Below, one piece after another: positions 1-9,271 of a stretch of 64,000 bases of DNA (the stretch's first letter is position 1; the number at the start of each line of letters is the position of its first letter). The position numbers and the translations under genes were made by a program. This DNA comes from Parcubacteria group bacterium Gr01-1014_8 (GTDB lineage: Bacteria > Patescibacteriota > Minisyncoccia > Phycocordibacterales > UBA2100): assembly GCA_007376385.1 (NCBI GenBank), contig VMGC01000002.1, forward strand, positions 136,372 to 200,371, in the 5' to 3' direction. The notes beneath the pieces are model-generated. The model was not told the DNA's origin. It saw nothing but the letters and a program-made list of their open reading frames with translations, and did not search any database.

Positions 1-1087
1 ATTATTTTACCTGGCTGTTGCGCCGGAGTTTTACGAAACAATATTTAAAAACCTATCTGATTCGAAGTTGTCGGAGCCATGTGATGAAGATGGCGGCTGG
101 ACACGCCTTATCATTGAGAAGCCCTTCGGTGTTGATCTGAAGACGGCTAAAAGCATTGAGCGGCTCCTTACCAAGCTTTTTCTGCCGGAACAGATATATC
201 GTATTGACCATTATCTGGCCAAAGAAATGTTACAGAATATTCTTACGTTCCGCTTCTCGAATAATTTATTCGAGAAACACTGGGGACGGGACTCAATAGA
301 ACGCATTTACATAAAATCGCTTGAGGAGATAGGCGTTGAAAAGCGCGGTGCATTCTATGATCCGGTGGGCGCATTTCGCGACGTGGGCCAAAATCACTTT
401 TTGGCGATGATGGCTCTGGTCACCATGGAACATCCGATAAGTTTCGATGCAAAGGCGATCCAAAGGAAACGAGCGGATGTGCTAAAGAAATTGAAAATTA
501 TCAAAAAAAACGAAATACCGAAAGCCACATTTCGTGCGCAGCACGAGGGCTACAGAACCATCGCTGGTGTTGCGAAAAATTCCGCGACGGAAACATACTT
601 CAAAATAAAAGCGGAAGTTGCAACGAAGCGATGGAAGGGAGTACCGATAATTCTTGAAGGCGGCAAGCGATTGGGGGCGCCAGAGAAGGAAGTCATCATT
701 ACCTTCAAGCATCCAAAACAGTGTCTTTGCCCGAAAGACGGACCACATCACAAGAATGAGATAATCATCCGTTTTGAACCCAGGGAAGAGATTCTCATCG
801 AATTCTGGTCCAAAAAACCCGGCTTCACGATGGATACTGCGCCGCGCATGCTCCACTATATTCTAAGGGAACCAAAAGCGCATATTCCGTACATCGAGGA
901 ATACGCGAAGCTCCTTTTGGATTGCATTCGTGGGGATCAGATGCTGTTCGTCTCCACGTCCGAGATACAGGCGATGTGGCGCTTCACCGATCCCATCCTT
1001 GACGCATGGAAGAAGGGTTTGGTACCGTTGCATTCGTACAAACCGGATACAAAAGAAATACTACAAACATCTAACTATATACAATAG
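1..1087 (+). CDS. zwf: Glucose-6-phosphate 1-dehydrogenase, 5'-truncated at window edge (frame continues from position 2: LFYLAVAPEFYETIFK...)
   Basis: RIDHYLGKE-type motif (RIDHYLAKEMLQNIL), EKPFG motif, typical G6PD C-terminal half; gnd immediately downstream. Confidence 0.85.
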   Translation, partial: LFYLAVAPEFYETIFKNLSDSKLSEPCDEDGGWTRLIIEKPFGVDLKTAKSIERLLTKLFLPEQIYRIDHYLAKEMLQNILTFRFSNNLFEKHWGRDSIERIYIKSLEEIGVEKRGAFYDPVGAFRDVGQNHFLAMMALVTMEHPISFDAKAIQRKRADVLKKLKIIKKNEIPKATFRAQHEGYRTIAGVAKNSATETYFKIKAEVATKRWKGVPIILEGGKRLGAPEKEVIITFKHPKQCLCPKDGPHHKNEIIIRFEPREEILIEFWSKKPGFTMDTAPRMLHYILREPKAHIPYIEEYAKLLLDCIRGDQMLFVSTSEIQAMWRFTDPILDAWKKGLVPLHSYKPDTKEILQTSNYIQ

Positions 1088-1089
1088 AT

Positions 1090-2079
1090 ATGCAAAAAGA
1101 GATAGGAATGATCGGACTTGGAAAAATGGGAGGGAACATGGCGCGACAGCTCGTGGAAAAAGGATGGAATGTGCACGGTATGGATGCGGACCCTGCGACA
1201 ACACAAAAACTCGGAAAGGAGGGTATACAAGGAGCGTACTCGATACACGAACTTGTCTCGAAACTGAAAGCCCCGCGTGTGGTATGGCTCATGGTACCCG
1301 CAGGGAAACCGGAAGACGATCTGCTGTTTGGCAATGACCGACATCATGACCGACATCGTAAGTCGAACACATTGACCGACTTACGATATCGGTCACGGTC
1401 ATCCGTAAAAGATGCGGGGCTTGTACGTTTACTTTCACGGGGCGACGTTATCATTGATGGGGGTAATTCTTATTACAAAGATTCAATATCGCGCGCGAAG
1501 AAAGTCGCAACATTCGGCATCAAATTCATTGACGTTGGATTTTCTGGCGGCCCCGCGGGGGCTCGAAACGGAGGCTGTCTCATGATCGGCGGGGATGAAA
1601 GCTCGTTCAAGCGGCTCGAACCGTTGTTCAAAGACCTTGCGCGCGACAATGGGTATCAATTCTTCAAAGGTGTTGGAGCGGGCCATTTTGTAAAGATGGT
1701 CCACAACGGCATCGAATACGGCATGATGCAGGCGTTGGGGGAAGGTTTTGCGATGTTAAAAAAGACACCGTTCAAACTGGATCTCACGCGTGTTGCGGAT
1801 ATATACAATAATGGAAGCGTTATCGAGTCGCGCTTGGTAGGATGGATGAAGAAAGCGTTTCAAGAACATGGAGAAGACTTGAAGCAGGTCTCAGGTTCGG
1901 TTGGGCACACTGGCGAGGGCGAATGGACGGCAAAGACTGCGCGAGAAATGAAAATTCCGGCAAAAATAATTGGGGAATCGTACAAGTTTCGCGTTCAGTC
2001 AAAGAAAAAGCCGTCGTTTACCGGCAAAGTCGTGTCCGCATTGCGTGGACAGTTCGGAGGACATAATATTAAAGAGTAA
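1090..2079 (+). CDS. gnd: 6-phosphogluconate dehydrogenase (decarboxylating), short approximately 300-aa form, carrying an in-frame approximately 23-aa insertion
   Basis: MIGLGKMGGNMA Rossmann motif; VVWLMVPAG...IIDGGNSYY; GIEYGMMQA; 3 bp after zwf stop. Confidence 0.85.
   Translation: MQKEIGMIGLGKMGGNMARQLVEKGWNVHGMDADPATTQKLGKEGIQGAYSIHELVSKLKAPRVVWLMVPAGKPEDDLLFGNDRHHDRHRKSNTLTDLRYRSRSSVKDAGLVRLLSRGDVIIDGGNSYYKDSISRAKKVATFGIKFIDVGFSGGPAGARNGGCLMIGGDESSFKRLEPLFKDLARDNGYQFFKGVGAGHFVKMVHNGIEYGMMQALGEGFAMLKKTPFKLDLTRVADIYNNGSVIESRLVGWMKKAFQEHGEDLKQVSGSVGHTGEGEWTAKTAREMKIPAKIIGESYKFRVQSKKKPSFTGKVVSALRGQFGGHNIKE
1334..1403. repeat. Palindromic insertion inside gnd coding sequence (18-bp stem GACCGACATCGTAAGTCG / CGACTTACGATATCGGTC, one mismatch, preceded by a tandem TGACCGACATC duplication); in-frame
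   Basis: Read directly from the sequence; the protein region between the VPAG and GDVIIDGGNS motifs is about 23 aa longer than in typical short-form 6PGDH. Confidence 0.5.
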
Positions 2080-2081
2080 CT

Positions 2082-3029
2082 ATGAACAGAAACCTAGCGC
2101 TTGAATTTGTGCGAGTGACCGAGGCTGCGGCATACGCTGCAGCGAAGTGGGTCGGGAAAGGCGACAAAATTGCTGCGGATGGTGCGGCGGTAGACGCGAT
2201 GCGAGAGCGTTTCAACGAGATAGAGTTCAGCGGGACCATCGTCATTGGCGAGGGAAGCAAGGACGAGGCGCCAGAATTATATACAGGCGAAAAAGTAGGG
2301 AAAGGCAAAGGGCCGGTGATGGACCTTGCGGTGGACCCATTGGAGTGCACCGACAGCGTTGCCTTTGGACGCTTCAATGCTCTAAGCGTTATTTCAGCAG
2401 GAGCTAAGGGAAGCCTTCTTTCAGCGCCTGATACCTATATGGAAAAGATCGCTGCAGGCCCCGGCGCGGGTAAAGTAATCGATATAGATGCACCTGTCGC
2501 AACAAATATTAAAAAGGTGGCAAAGGCGCTCGGGAAGGATGTCGGGGAGATCACCGTGGTGATTTTAGACAGGGACAGGCATATCGAACTCATCAATGAT
2601 GTTCGGAAGGCAGGAGCGCGTGTTCGATTGATAACAGATGGAGATGTGGCAGGAGGTATTGCGCCGTGCATGCCAGAGAGCGGCATTGACCTATTGATGG
2701 GCATTGGCGCTTCCGCCGAGGCGGTGCTCGCGGCGACTGCGATAAAGATTATGGGGGGAGAGCTTCTCTGCCGGTTCAAACCAAAAGACGAGAAACATGC
2801 GAAATTGGTTTCGGATCACGGGCACACCACGAAGAGGATATTCAAGACGAGCGACCTCGCCAAGGGGAACGAGCTAACGTTCACCGCGACCGGTGTTATT
2901 GACGGGCCGCTTCTCCAAGGAGTGAGGATTCTAAGGGACATCGCGATAACACATTCCCTCGTCATACAGGGCGTCTCGGGGACACTTCGCTACATAACGA
3001 CCCATCACAAACTCCCTGCGTATAAATAG
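2082..3029 (+). CDS. glpX: Fructose-1,6-bisphosphatase class II (GlpX family)
   Basis: N-terminus LALEFVRVTEAAAYAAAKWVGKGDKIAADGAAVDAMR is a typical GlpX signature; approximately 315 aa. Confidence 0.85.
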   Translation: MNRNLALEFVRVTEAAAYAAAKWVGKGDKIAADGAAVDAMRERFNEIEFSGTIVIGEGSKDEAPELYTGEKVGKGKGPVMDLAVDPLECTDSVAFGRFNALSVISAGAKGSLLSAPDTYMEKIAAGPGAGKVIDIDAPVATNIKKVAKALGKDVGEITVVILDRDRHIELINDVRKAGARVRLITDGDVAGGIAPCMPESGIDLLMGIGASAEAVLAATAIKIMGGELLCRFKPKDEKHAKLVSDHGHTTKRIFKTSDLAKGNELTFTATGVIDGPLLQGVRILRDIAITHSLVIQGVSGTLRYITTHHKLPAYK

Positions 3030-3078
3030 ATCTGCTACACTGCAAAAGTGACACTAATTATTTTATTAATATATCTTT

Positions 3079-4074
3079 ATGTCTTTACAATCAATCGCAA
3101 AGCAGATGGTCGCAAAGGGAAAGGGCATCCTCGCAGCGGACGAAAGTTCGGGAACGATAGAGAGGAAGTTTGCGAAAGTCGGACTGACTTCGACAGAAGA
3201 TAATCGGCGGGCGTATCGCGGAATGCTTTTTACCTCGCCAGGTATTGGAAACTATATTTCGGGAGCCATCCTTTTTGATGAAACGATAAAGCAAAAGGCG
3301 CCCGACGGCCGCACAATGGTCTCCATTCTGGAAGCGGAAGGAATCCTGCCGGGCATAAAAGTCGACCAAGGTACGAAGGATATGGAGGGTTCGCCGGGCG
3401 AGAAGATCACCAAAGGGCTCGACGGACTTGGCGAACGTCTAAAAGAATATGCAACGTTGGGAGCAAAATTTGCGAAGTGGAGATCGGTCATTACGATAGG
3501 AAACGGTATCCCGACCGATGCAAACATCAAACAGCAAACAAAAGATTTGGCTGCGTACGCGCTGGAGTGCCAGAAAGCCGGCATTGTTCCGATGGTTGAG
3601 CCGGAAGTACTCATGGATGGCGGCCACACGATTGAAAGATGTGTTGAGGCAAGTGAAAAGACGCTCACTGCACTTTTTGAAGAGCTGAAGGCAGCAGGGG
3701 TAGATATATCGGGGACTATTCTCAAGACGAACATGATGGTTCCCGGCAAGGAGAGCGGTACGAGGGCAACACCAGAACAAGTGGCGGATGCGACTGTCGC
3801 CGTATTCAAGAAAGTTCTTCCAAATGATCTGCCAGGTCAGGCATTCCTATCTGGCGGGCAGGAAGATGTGGAAGCGACAGAGAATTTGAATGCCATCAAC
3901 AAAAAGGGACCTTTCCCCTGGAATCTTTCATTCTCATATGGCCGCGCACTTCAAGATTCGGCGCTCAAGGCATGGAACGGAAAATCAGAAAATATCATCG
4001 CTGCGCAACAGGTGTTTCTCAAGCGGGCAAAAATGAATTCACTTGCGACGGAAGGCAAATATAAAGGAGAGTAG
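3079..4074 (+). CDS. fba: Fructose-bisphosphate aldolase, class I
   Basis: GILAADESSGTIERKF class I aldolase motif; approximately 330 aa. Confidence 0.85.
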   Translation: MSLQSIAKQMVAKGKGILAADESSGTIERKFAKVGLTSTEDNRRAYRGMLFTSPGIGNYISGAILFDETIKQKAPDGRTMVSILEAEGILPGIKVDQGTKDMEGSPGEKITKGLDGLGERLKEYATLGAKFAKWRSVITIGNGIPTDANIKQQTKDLAAYALECQKAGIVPMVEPEVLMDGGHTIERCVEASEKTLTALFEELKAAGVDISGTILKTNMMVPGKESGTRATPEQVADATVAVFKKVLPNDLPGQAFLSGGQEDVEATENLNAINKKGPFPWNLSFSYGRALQDSALKAWNGKSENIIAAQQVFLKRAKMNSLATEGKYKGE

Positions 4075-4111
4075 TCGCATTTGAAACCTAATTTTTCAGC
4101 AATATCGCATG

Positions 4112-4160
4112 ATACCTTAGGTGTGCCGACCGGCACACCTAAGGTATTCAGGTTTTTGGC
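4112..4160. terminator. Bidirectional rho-independent terminator (perfect 12-bp stem ACCTTAGGTGTG/CACACCTAAGGT followed by a T-run) between convergent fba and the HAD gene
   Basis: Palindrome plus TTTTTGG read from the sequence. Confidence 0.6.
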
Positions 4161-4163
4161 GGA

Positions 4164-4811
4164 CTACAATAAAGAATGCCCGTGAAGGACGATAGGAAGA
4201 ATATCTTCGATTGTGTACACGATGTGGTCCGGTTCGTACGCGACGAGATCAGCGTGGGGTCCGTATGAAATACCAATAGTCCCGACACCGGCGGCTTTTC
4301 CCGCTTGGATGTCGACTGGCGTATCGCCGACAAACCACGCGTCTTTCGCCTCTACATCTACCGCTCGGAGGGCTGCAGACACGTGTTCCGGGTCTGGCTT
4401 GGCTCGAGTGACATCATCTTGAGACAGCAAGGCATCAAACATGCTCACTATTTTTACGTGTTGCATGGTGGCGATGGACGATTTTCTCATACGATTTGTC
4501 ACTGTTGCCAGCTTGATGCCCTTGTCTTTAAGCGTCTGCAGCGTTTCTTTTACGTTTGGAAATATCATTACTAACTGAAGATTTTTTTCTTGAAAATCGC
4601 GATGCGCTTGCATAAGCCGCAGGGCATCTTTTTCCGGGAACAGCATTTCATAGTTCTCTCTCAGCGTTTTACCCTGGCTTGCGAGAAGCACTGCAGTTGC
4701 CCGTGAAATAGGCGCTCCTTCTTCAGTGGTAACATGCTCGTAAGCACGAATAATGTACTCGTACGTATCAAGCAGAGTCCCATCGACATCAAAAAGTACT
4801 GCTTTTGTCAC
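4164..4811 (-). CDS. HAD-superfamily hydrolase, subfamily IA (phosphoglycolate phosphatase / beta-phosphoglucomutase-like)
   Basis: LFDVDGTLLDT motif I, VTNR motif II, GDTPVDIQAGKAAG motif IV. Confidence 0.75.
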   Translation of the reverse strand: MTKAVLFDVDGTLLDTYEYIIRAYEHVTTEEGAPISRATAVLLASQGKTLRENYEMLFPEKDALRLMQAHRDFQEKNLQLVMIFPNVKETLQTLKDKGIKLATVTNRMRKSSIATMQHVKIVSMFDALLSQDDVTRAKPDPEHVSAALRAVDVEAKDAWFVGDTPVDIQAGKAAGVGTIGISYGPHADLVAYEPDHIVYTIEDILPIVLHGHSLL

Positions 4812-4925
4812 TGGAAGATTATACCTAACTTCAGGAGAACTCGTATTTCTCTCACTTTGACAGGAGTCATATATCTCCGTATGATGTTTTTTTCGCCCCT
4901 ATAATAAGGCACACTTCCTAGGCAC

Positions 4926-7151
4926 ATGAGGCATATATTCTTAATCGTGCTTGCTGTCGCTTTTGCTGTATCTCTTGCAGCTTCAGTTTTTACGTTGATG
5001 CAAGTGAACAAAGAGACAGATGAGTTGTCGAAGAAGCTCAGGGAGAGGACGCTGCTTCTTGCGGATGGTCTTGCAGAGTCCGCGGCTCCTGCGTACGCGC
5101 GATATGCCACGAGTACGCTGGAAAAGTTGGCGAACACCTTTACGAATCGCGAGCGTCTCATCGGCCTTGCATTTTATGACACGCGCGGTAATAAAATTGC
5201 CGGTTCGAGCGGCGTCACAGATGAAATGCTGAAAAATGCGCCGATTCTCGATACATTCAATAGCACCGAGCCTGACGACGCTTTTGCAATTACCGAAGGG
5301 ACGAGAAAATATTATTTCGCGCAACCACTCCACTCTGACGATGCCTATATTGGCTCGCTTGTACTTGTGCAGGATGCCAGTGATATCGATGTGGCAATGA
5401 GCAGGATATGGCGAGACACATTTCTGAAACTTTTCGTATATTTTCTCCTTTTTGCCGTCGCCATCGCAGCCCTTGTCTACTTTGTGCTTTTCAAACCGCT
5501 ATCGAATTTAGCTGAATCTATCCGCCAGGCGCGAATGAATAAAGATGCGCGTGCTCCTCAACCCTCGCACCACAATTTTTTTCTGCAACCTCTTGCGATG
5601 GAAGTCTCGAAACTTGCGTCTTCACTCGCGCAGGCACGAACTGCTGCAAGCGAAGAGGCGCGTATGCGCCTTGAAAAGATTGACACCCCTTGGACGGAGG
5701 AGAGGCTAAAGGAATTCATAAAGGCGTATCTCAAGGATAGGCCTATCTATGTCGTTTCGAATCGAGAGCCCTACATACACTCCAAGGATCGCGGAGAGGT
5801 CACCTACTCGGTGCCTGCGAGCGGCATGGTGACAGCGCTTGAGTCTGTCATGGCGGCCTGCGGAGGGGAATGGCTCGCTCATGGCAGCGGAAATGCTGAC
5901 AAAGAAATGGTCGATGCGGAGAGCAAGATCCGTGTCCCACCAGATGAGCCGAAATATACCTTGAAGCGTATTTGGCTGAATCCAAAAGAGGTCAAGGGCT
6001 ATTATGTCGGTTTCTCGAACGAGGCTCTGTGGCCGCTGTGTCATATAGCGCATACGAGGCCGACCTTCAGAAAGGAAGACTGGCTGATGTACAAGCGCGT
6101 GAACGGCAAGTTTGCTGAGGCGCTTCTTGCGGAATTAAAAGGCGTCGAGCGCCCCATAGTGTTGATACAAGATTTTCATCTTTCTCTTTTGCCGCGGATG
6201 ATAAAGGAGTCGCGTCCGGACGCACAGGTCGGTCTTTTTTGGCACATACCCTGGCCGTCCGCAGAAGGCTTCAGTATCTGTCCTTGGAGAAAAGAGATAC
6301 TGCAGGGAATGCTCGGCGCGGATATAATCGGTTTTCATACGCAGCAGTTCTGCAATAATTTCCTCGAAACTGTCGGAAAAGAGATCGAATCGCTTATCGA
6401 TCTGGAGCAATTTGCTGTTACGAGCGATGAGCACACATCATTCATCAAGCCATTTCCTATAAGTATTTCGTTCACTGACGCAATGGAGGGAAAGACGTCG
6501 ATAGCGCCTGATCGCGCTGCTCTTGAAGCGATGGACATTCGAACAGAGTTCGTCGGACTTGGCGTGGACAGGCTCGACTATACGAAGGGAATTCTTGAGC
6601 GATTCAGAGGGATCGAATTTTTTCTTGACGCTCATCCGGATTTTTATAAACGATTTACGTTCTTGCAGGTCGCACCTCCGAGCCGCGAGGAATCGGAAAA
6701 GTATCGGGATTATGCAGTTGCCGTCGAGGCAGAAGCAGCCCGAGTGAATGCAAAATTCAGAAAGAATGGATGGCAGCCCATTCGTTTTGAAAAAAGGCAT
6801 TTTTCGCACTCGGAACTTGTGCCGCTCTACCAAACAGCGAACTTTTGTCTTGTGACATCTCTGCACGACGGCATGAACTTGGTCGCCAAAGAATACGTGG
6901 CAGCAAGAGATGATGAAGCAGGAGCCCTCATCTTGAGCAAATTCACCGGCGCTTCTCGCGATTTCAATCGCGGTGCGCTTATCGTCAATCCCTATAGCGC
7001 CGAAGAGGTCTCGGAAGCTATCCACCGTGCTCTCGTCATGCCCGCCACTGAGCAGCATCGTAGAATGAGATCCATGCGAACATCAATACGAGACTACAAT
7101 GTGTATCGCTGGGCGGCTGAATTTATAAAAGCAGTTGCAGCGCTCCGATAA
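4926..7151 (+). CDS. otsA: Trehalose-6-phosphate synthase (GT20, OtsA) fused to an N-terminal 2-TM periplasmic sensor-like domain with a HAMP-like linker
   Basis: GT20 core (PIYVVSNREPY, FSNEALWPLCH, HDGMNLVAKEY); N-terminal 250 aa has TM1 (aa 4-24), an approximately 140-aa extracytoplasmic segment and TM2 (aa 168-190). Confidence 0.8.
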   Translation: MRHIFLIVLAVAFAVSLAASVFTLMQVNKETDELSKKLRERTLLLADGLAESAAPAYARYATSTLEKLANTFTNRERLIGLAFYDTRGNKIAGSSGVTDEMLKNAPILDTFNSTEPDDAFAITEGTRKYYFAQPLHSDDAYIGSLVLVQDASDIDVAMSRIWRDTFLKLFVYFLLFAVAIAALVYFVLFKPLSNLAESIRQARMNKDARAPQPSHHNFFLQPLAMEVSKLASSLAQARTAASEEARMRLEKIDTPWTEERLKEFIKAYLKDRPIYVVSNREPYIHSKDRGEVTYSVPASGMVTALESVMAACGGEWLAHGSGNADKEMVDAESKIRVPPDEPKYTLKRIWLNPKEVKGYYVGFSNEALWPLCHIAHTRPTFRKEDWLMYKRVNGKFAEALLAELKGVERPIVLIQDFHLSLLPRMIKESRPDAQVGLFWHIPWPSAEGFSICPWRKEILQGMLGADIIGFHTQQFCNNFLETVGKEIESLIDLEQFAVTSDEHTSFIKPFPISISFTDAMEGKTSIAPDRAALEAMDIRTEFVGLGVDRLDYTKGILERFRGIEFFLDAHPDFYKRFTFLQVAPPSREESEKYRDYAVAVEAEAARVNAKFRKNGWQPIRFEKRHFSHSELVPLYQTANFCLVTSLHDGMNLVAKEYVAARDDEAGALILSKFTGASRDFNRGALIVNPYSAEEVSEAIHRALVMPATEQHRRMRSMRTSIRDYNVYRWAAEFIKAVAALR

Positions 7152-7152
7152 T

Positions 7153-7929
7153 ATGAGGTATTCCGAGTCGGTGCTTCCGGTGATGAGGGCGATCAGAGAC
7201 ATGCTTCTCCCAGAGTGGGGCGTCGCGAAAGCCGTCCATCAAAAAACAGCGTCCTCATGGAGCGTCGTTACGGCGCTCGATATCGAAATAGAAAAATTTG
7301 TGAGCGCCGAATTGGCGCATCTCCACCCTGATATTGAATTTGTCGGAGAAGAGCAAGGGGGGAATAGAAGTGCGAAGAAATTCTGGTTGATGGACCCGAT
7401 AGACGGAACGGCTCACTTTATCCGCGGCCTGCCGTTCTGCACGTCGATGCTTGCATTGGTCGACAGAGGGCATGTCGTTTTTTCTGCCATATACGATTTT
7501 ATACACGACGAAATGTATTTTGCTGATAAGGGGAAAGGAGCGTTCTGCAACGAAAAGAAGCTTTCAGTGAGTTCGCGAACGTTAAAAGATTCTTTCGTCT
7601 CGTTCGAGACGGATATTGCAATCGAGAAGAATGCTAATTTGCGACAAAAAATGCTCTCGCAAACGAACGTAATGACGACATTTTGTGCAGGCTGGGAATT
7701 TGCAATGGTCGCATCAGGAAAAATTGATGCGCGAATATGTCTCGACCCGTTTGGCCAAGATTATGATTTCGCTCCTGGTACGCTATTGGTAATGGAAGCA
7801 GGAGGCGTCGTCACGAACCTTGATTCGCACGAATTTGACTATACGAATTTGGATCTCATCGCAGCAAATCCGCTTGTGTATAAAGACCTTACGGAGGGAG
7901 AATCAGCATTATTCCCTCTCGGGCGCTAG
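7153..7929 (+). CDS. Inositol-monophosphatase-family phosphatase (SuhB/CysQ-like)
   Basis: WLMDPIDGT motif, EEQGG motif; ATG 2 nt after the otsA stop (the track ORF starts earlier at a TTG at 7135). Confidence 0.75.
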   Translation: MRYSESVLPVMRAIRDMLLPEWGVAKAVHQKTASSWSVVTALDIEIEKFVSAELAHLHPDIEFVGEEQGGNRSAKKFWLMDPIDGTAHFIRGLPFCTSMLALVDRGHVVFSAIYDFIHDEMYFADKGKGAFCNEKKLSVSSRTLKDSFVSFETDIAIEKNANLRQKMLSQTNVMTTFCAGWEFAMVASGKIDARICLDPFGQDYDFAPGTLLVMEAGGVVTNLDSHEFDYTNLDLIAANPLVYKDLTEGESALFPLGR

Positions 7930-8023
7930 CTATAGAGGGATGTGGACAATTGATTAACTTCTCTGCCTGCAGGGGACTATACTTGCAGGAAGGGTCGATT
8001 ATACATATTCACTCTATTTTTAT

Positions 8024-8242
8024 ATGAAGTGGTTACACATGGTCTCCTATATCCTCGTATTTGCTGGAAGCTTGAACTGGCTGCTTTTGGCGCTTACTGG
8101 ATGGGAAATAGGCTCTCTGTTCGGAGGTATGACAGCTCCAATATCGCAGGTGGTCTATGTGCTAGTTGGACTTGCAGCCATCTATCTCATCGCGACCCAT
8201 AGGAAATACTGCAAAGAGTGCGCAGCAGGTGCGCCAATGTGA
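8024..8242 (+). CDS. Small 2-TM membrane protein, DUF378 family
   Basis: 72 aa, GSLNWLLLAL...GLAAIYLI pattern typical of DUF378. Confidence 0.55.
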   Translation: MKWLHMVSYILVFAGSLNWLLLALTGWEIGSLFGGMTAPISQVVYVLVGLAAIYLIATHRKYCKECAAGAPM

Positions 8243-8437
8243 AGCTAGCCACCGCCGTTCGCGACGGTGTACTGGGGCTGGCTTGCTGATAACGTGTCTC
8301 TCTGCCGACTTGAGATCAATCTTTGCCACCTCACCGTAGTTTGGCGGCAATTCCAGATTATGAAGAGCGTGCGCGGTGGGCCCAAACCAAAACGCTCGAG
8401 GAAACTCGGGCGTTTTGCATGCTAAAGTTTCAAGAAT

Positions 8438-8872
8438 ATGGAAGACAGGCCCTTTGTCGGTATTGGCGTAACGATACTTAAAGATGGAAAAATTCTCCTC
8501 GGCAAAAGAGTATCAACGTATGGGACCGGAGAATATCAAACGCCTGGCGGACATCTTGAGCCTAAAGAAGCTTTTGAGGCATGTGCGCGGCGAGAAACCT
8601 TGGAGGAGTGCGGACTCGAAATAGGCTCAATCCGTTTTCAATTTGTAGCAAATGCCGTAGGGTATGGTCTCGTGCATTACGTTCATATTGGTTTGATAAC
8701 GGAATGGAAGGCAGGTGAACCTAAAAATCTTGAACCTACAAAATGCGAAGGATGGGATTGGTACTCTCTTGACGCATTGCCGGAGCCTCTTTTTGTATAC
8801 ACGAAATGGTCTATAGAGGCACATCAAACAGGACTCAATTATTTCGATAGTGAGGCCCGACCAGCGAAATAA
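8438..8872 (+). CDS. NUDIX hydrolase
   Basis: Nudix box GGHLEPKEAFEACARRETLEECGL. Confidence 0.8.
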   Translation: MEDRPFVGIGVTILKDGKILLGKRVSTYGTGEYQTPGGHLEPKEAFEACARRETLEECGLEIGSIRFQFVANAVGYGLVHYVHIGLITEWKAGEPKNLEPTKCEGWDWYSLDALPEPLFVYTKWSIEAHQTGLNYFDSEARPAK

Positions 8873-8980
8873 AGGTTCCTCGGAGCTTGCTCCGAGGTAT
8901 TATGGAGCTCGCTTCGCTCGCGCAGTCTCGCAGCAGAGCTGCGAGGTATTGAACCTGTGTTTGCTCCTCGGCACGGAAAT
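8867..8980. repeat. Dispersed palindromic repeat, copy 1 (expanded variant with a nested 48-bp insertion; contains the TAA stop of the NUDIX gene)
   Basis: AAATAAAGGTTCCTCGGAGCTTGCTCCGAGGTAT...TGAACCTGTGTTTGCTCCTCGGCACGGAAAT matches copies at 22252, 29962 and 51309. Confidence 0.6.
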
Positions 8981-9076
8981 GCAACAGAGTACTTTTGCAT
9001 TTCTCTCGCAATGCTCGCAAATAAAATGTGAAGGCATCTTGACTCGATTTCGTGCACGGGTAGAGTATGGGGGTTC

Positions 9077-9271
9077 ATGAACGTCTCAAATAATGTACAG
9101 AAATTGCGTATGAATCGTGATCTCACGCAAGAAGCGCTGGCGGATAAGGTTGGTGTTTCGCGCCAAACGATTATTTCTATAGAGAAGGGGAATTACACAC
9201 CCTCAGTCTTGCTTGCTTTGAAGATCGCACGCATATTTAAAGTGCCTGTTGAGGACGTCTTTTACCTATGA
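9077..9271 (+). CDS. XRE-family helix-turn-helix transcriptional regulator (Cro/C1-type)
   Basis: LTQEALADKVGVSRQTIISIEKG HTH signature; 64 aa. Confidence 0.8.
   Translation: MNVSNNVQKLRMNRDLTQEALADKVGVSRQTIISIEKGNYTPSVLLALKIARIFKVPVEDVFYL

Noticed and set aside
482-856. 124-aa minus-strand ORF
   Set aside because: Antisense within zwf; no independent signal.
4305-4574. Several 60-90 aa ORFs on the + strand inside the HAD gene region
   Set aside because: Antisense shadows of the minus-strand HAD hydrolase gene.
8835-9126. Minus-strand ORFs of 61-95 aa
   Set aside because: They run through the palindromic repeat copy 1 and intergenic DNA; their protein sequences mirror the repeat palindrome.
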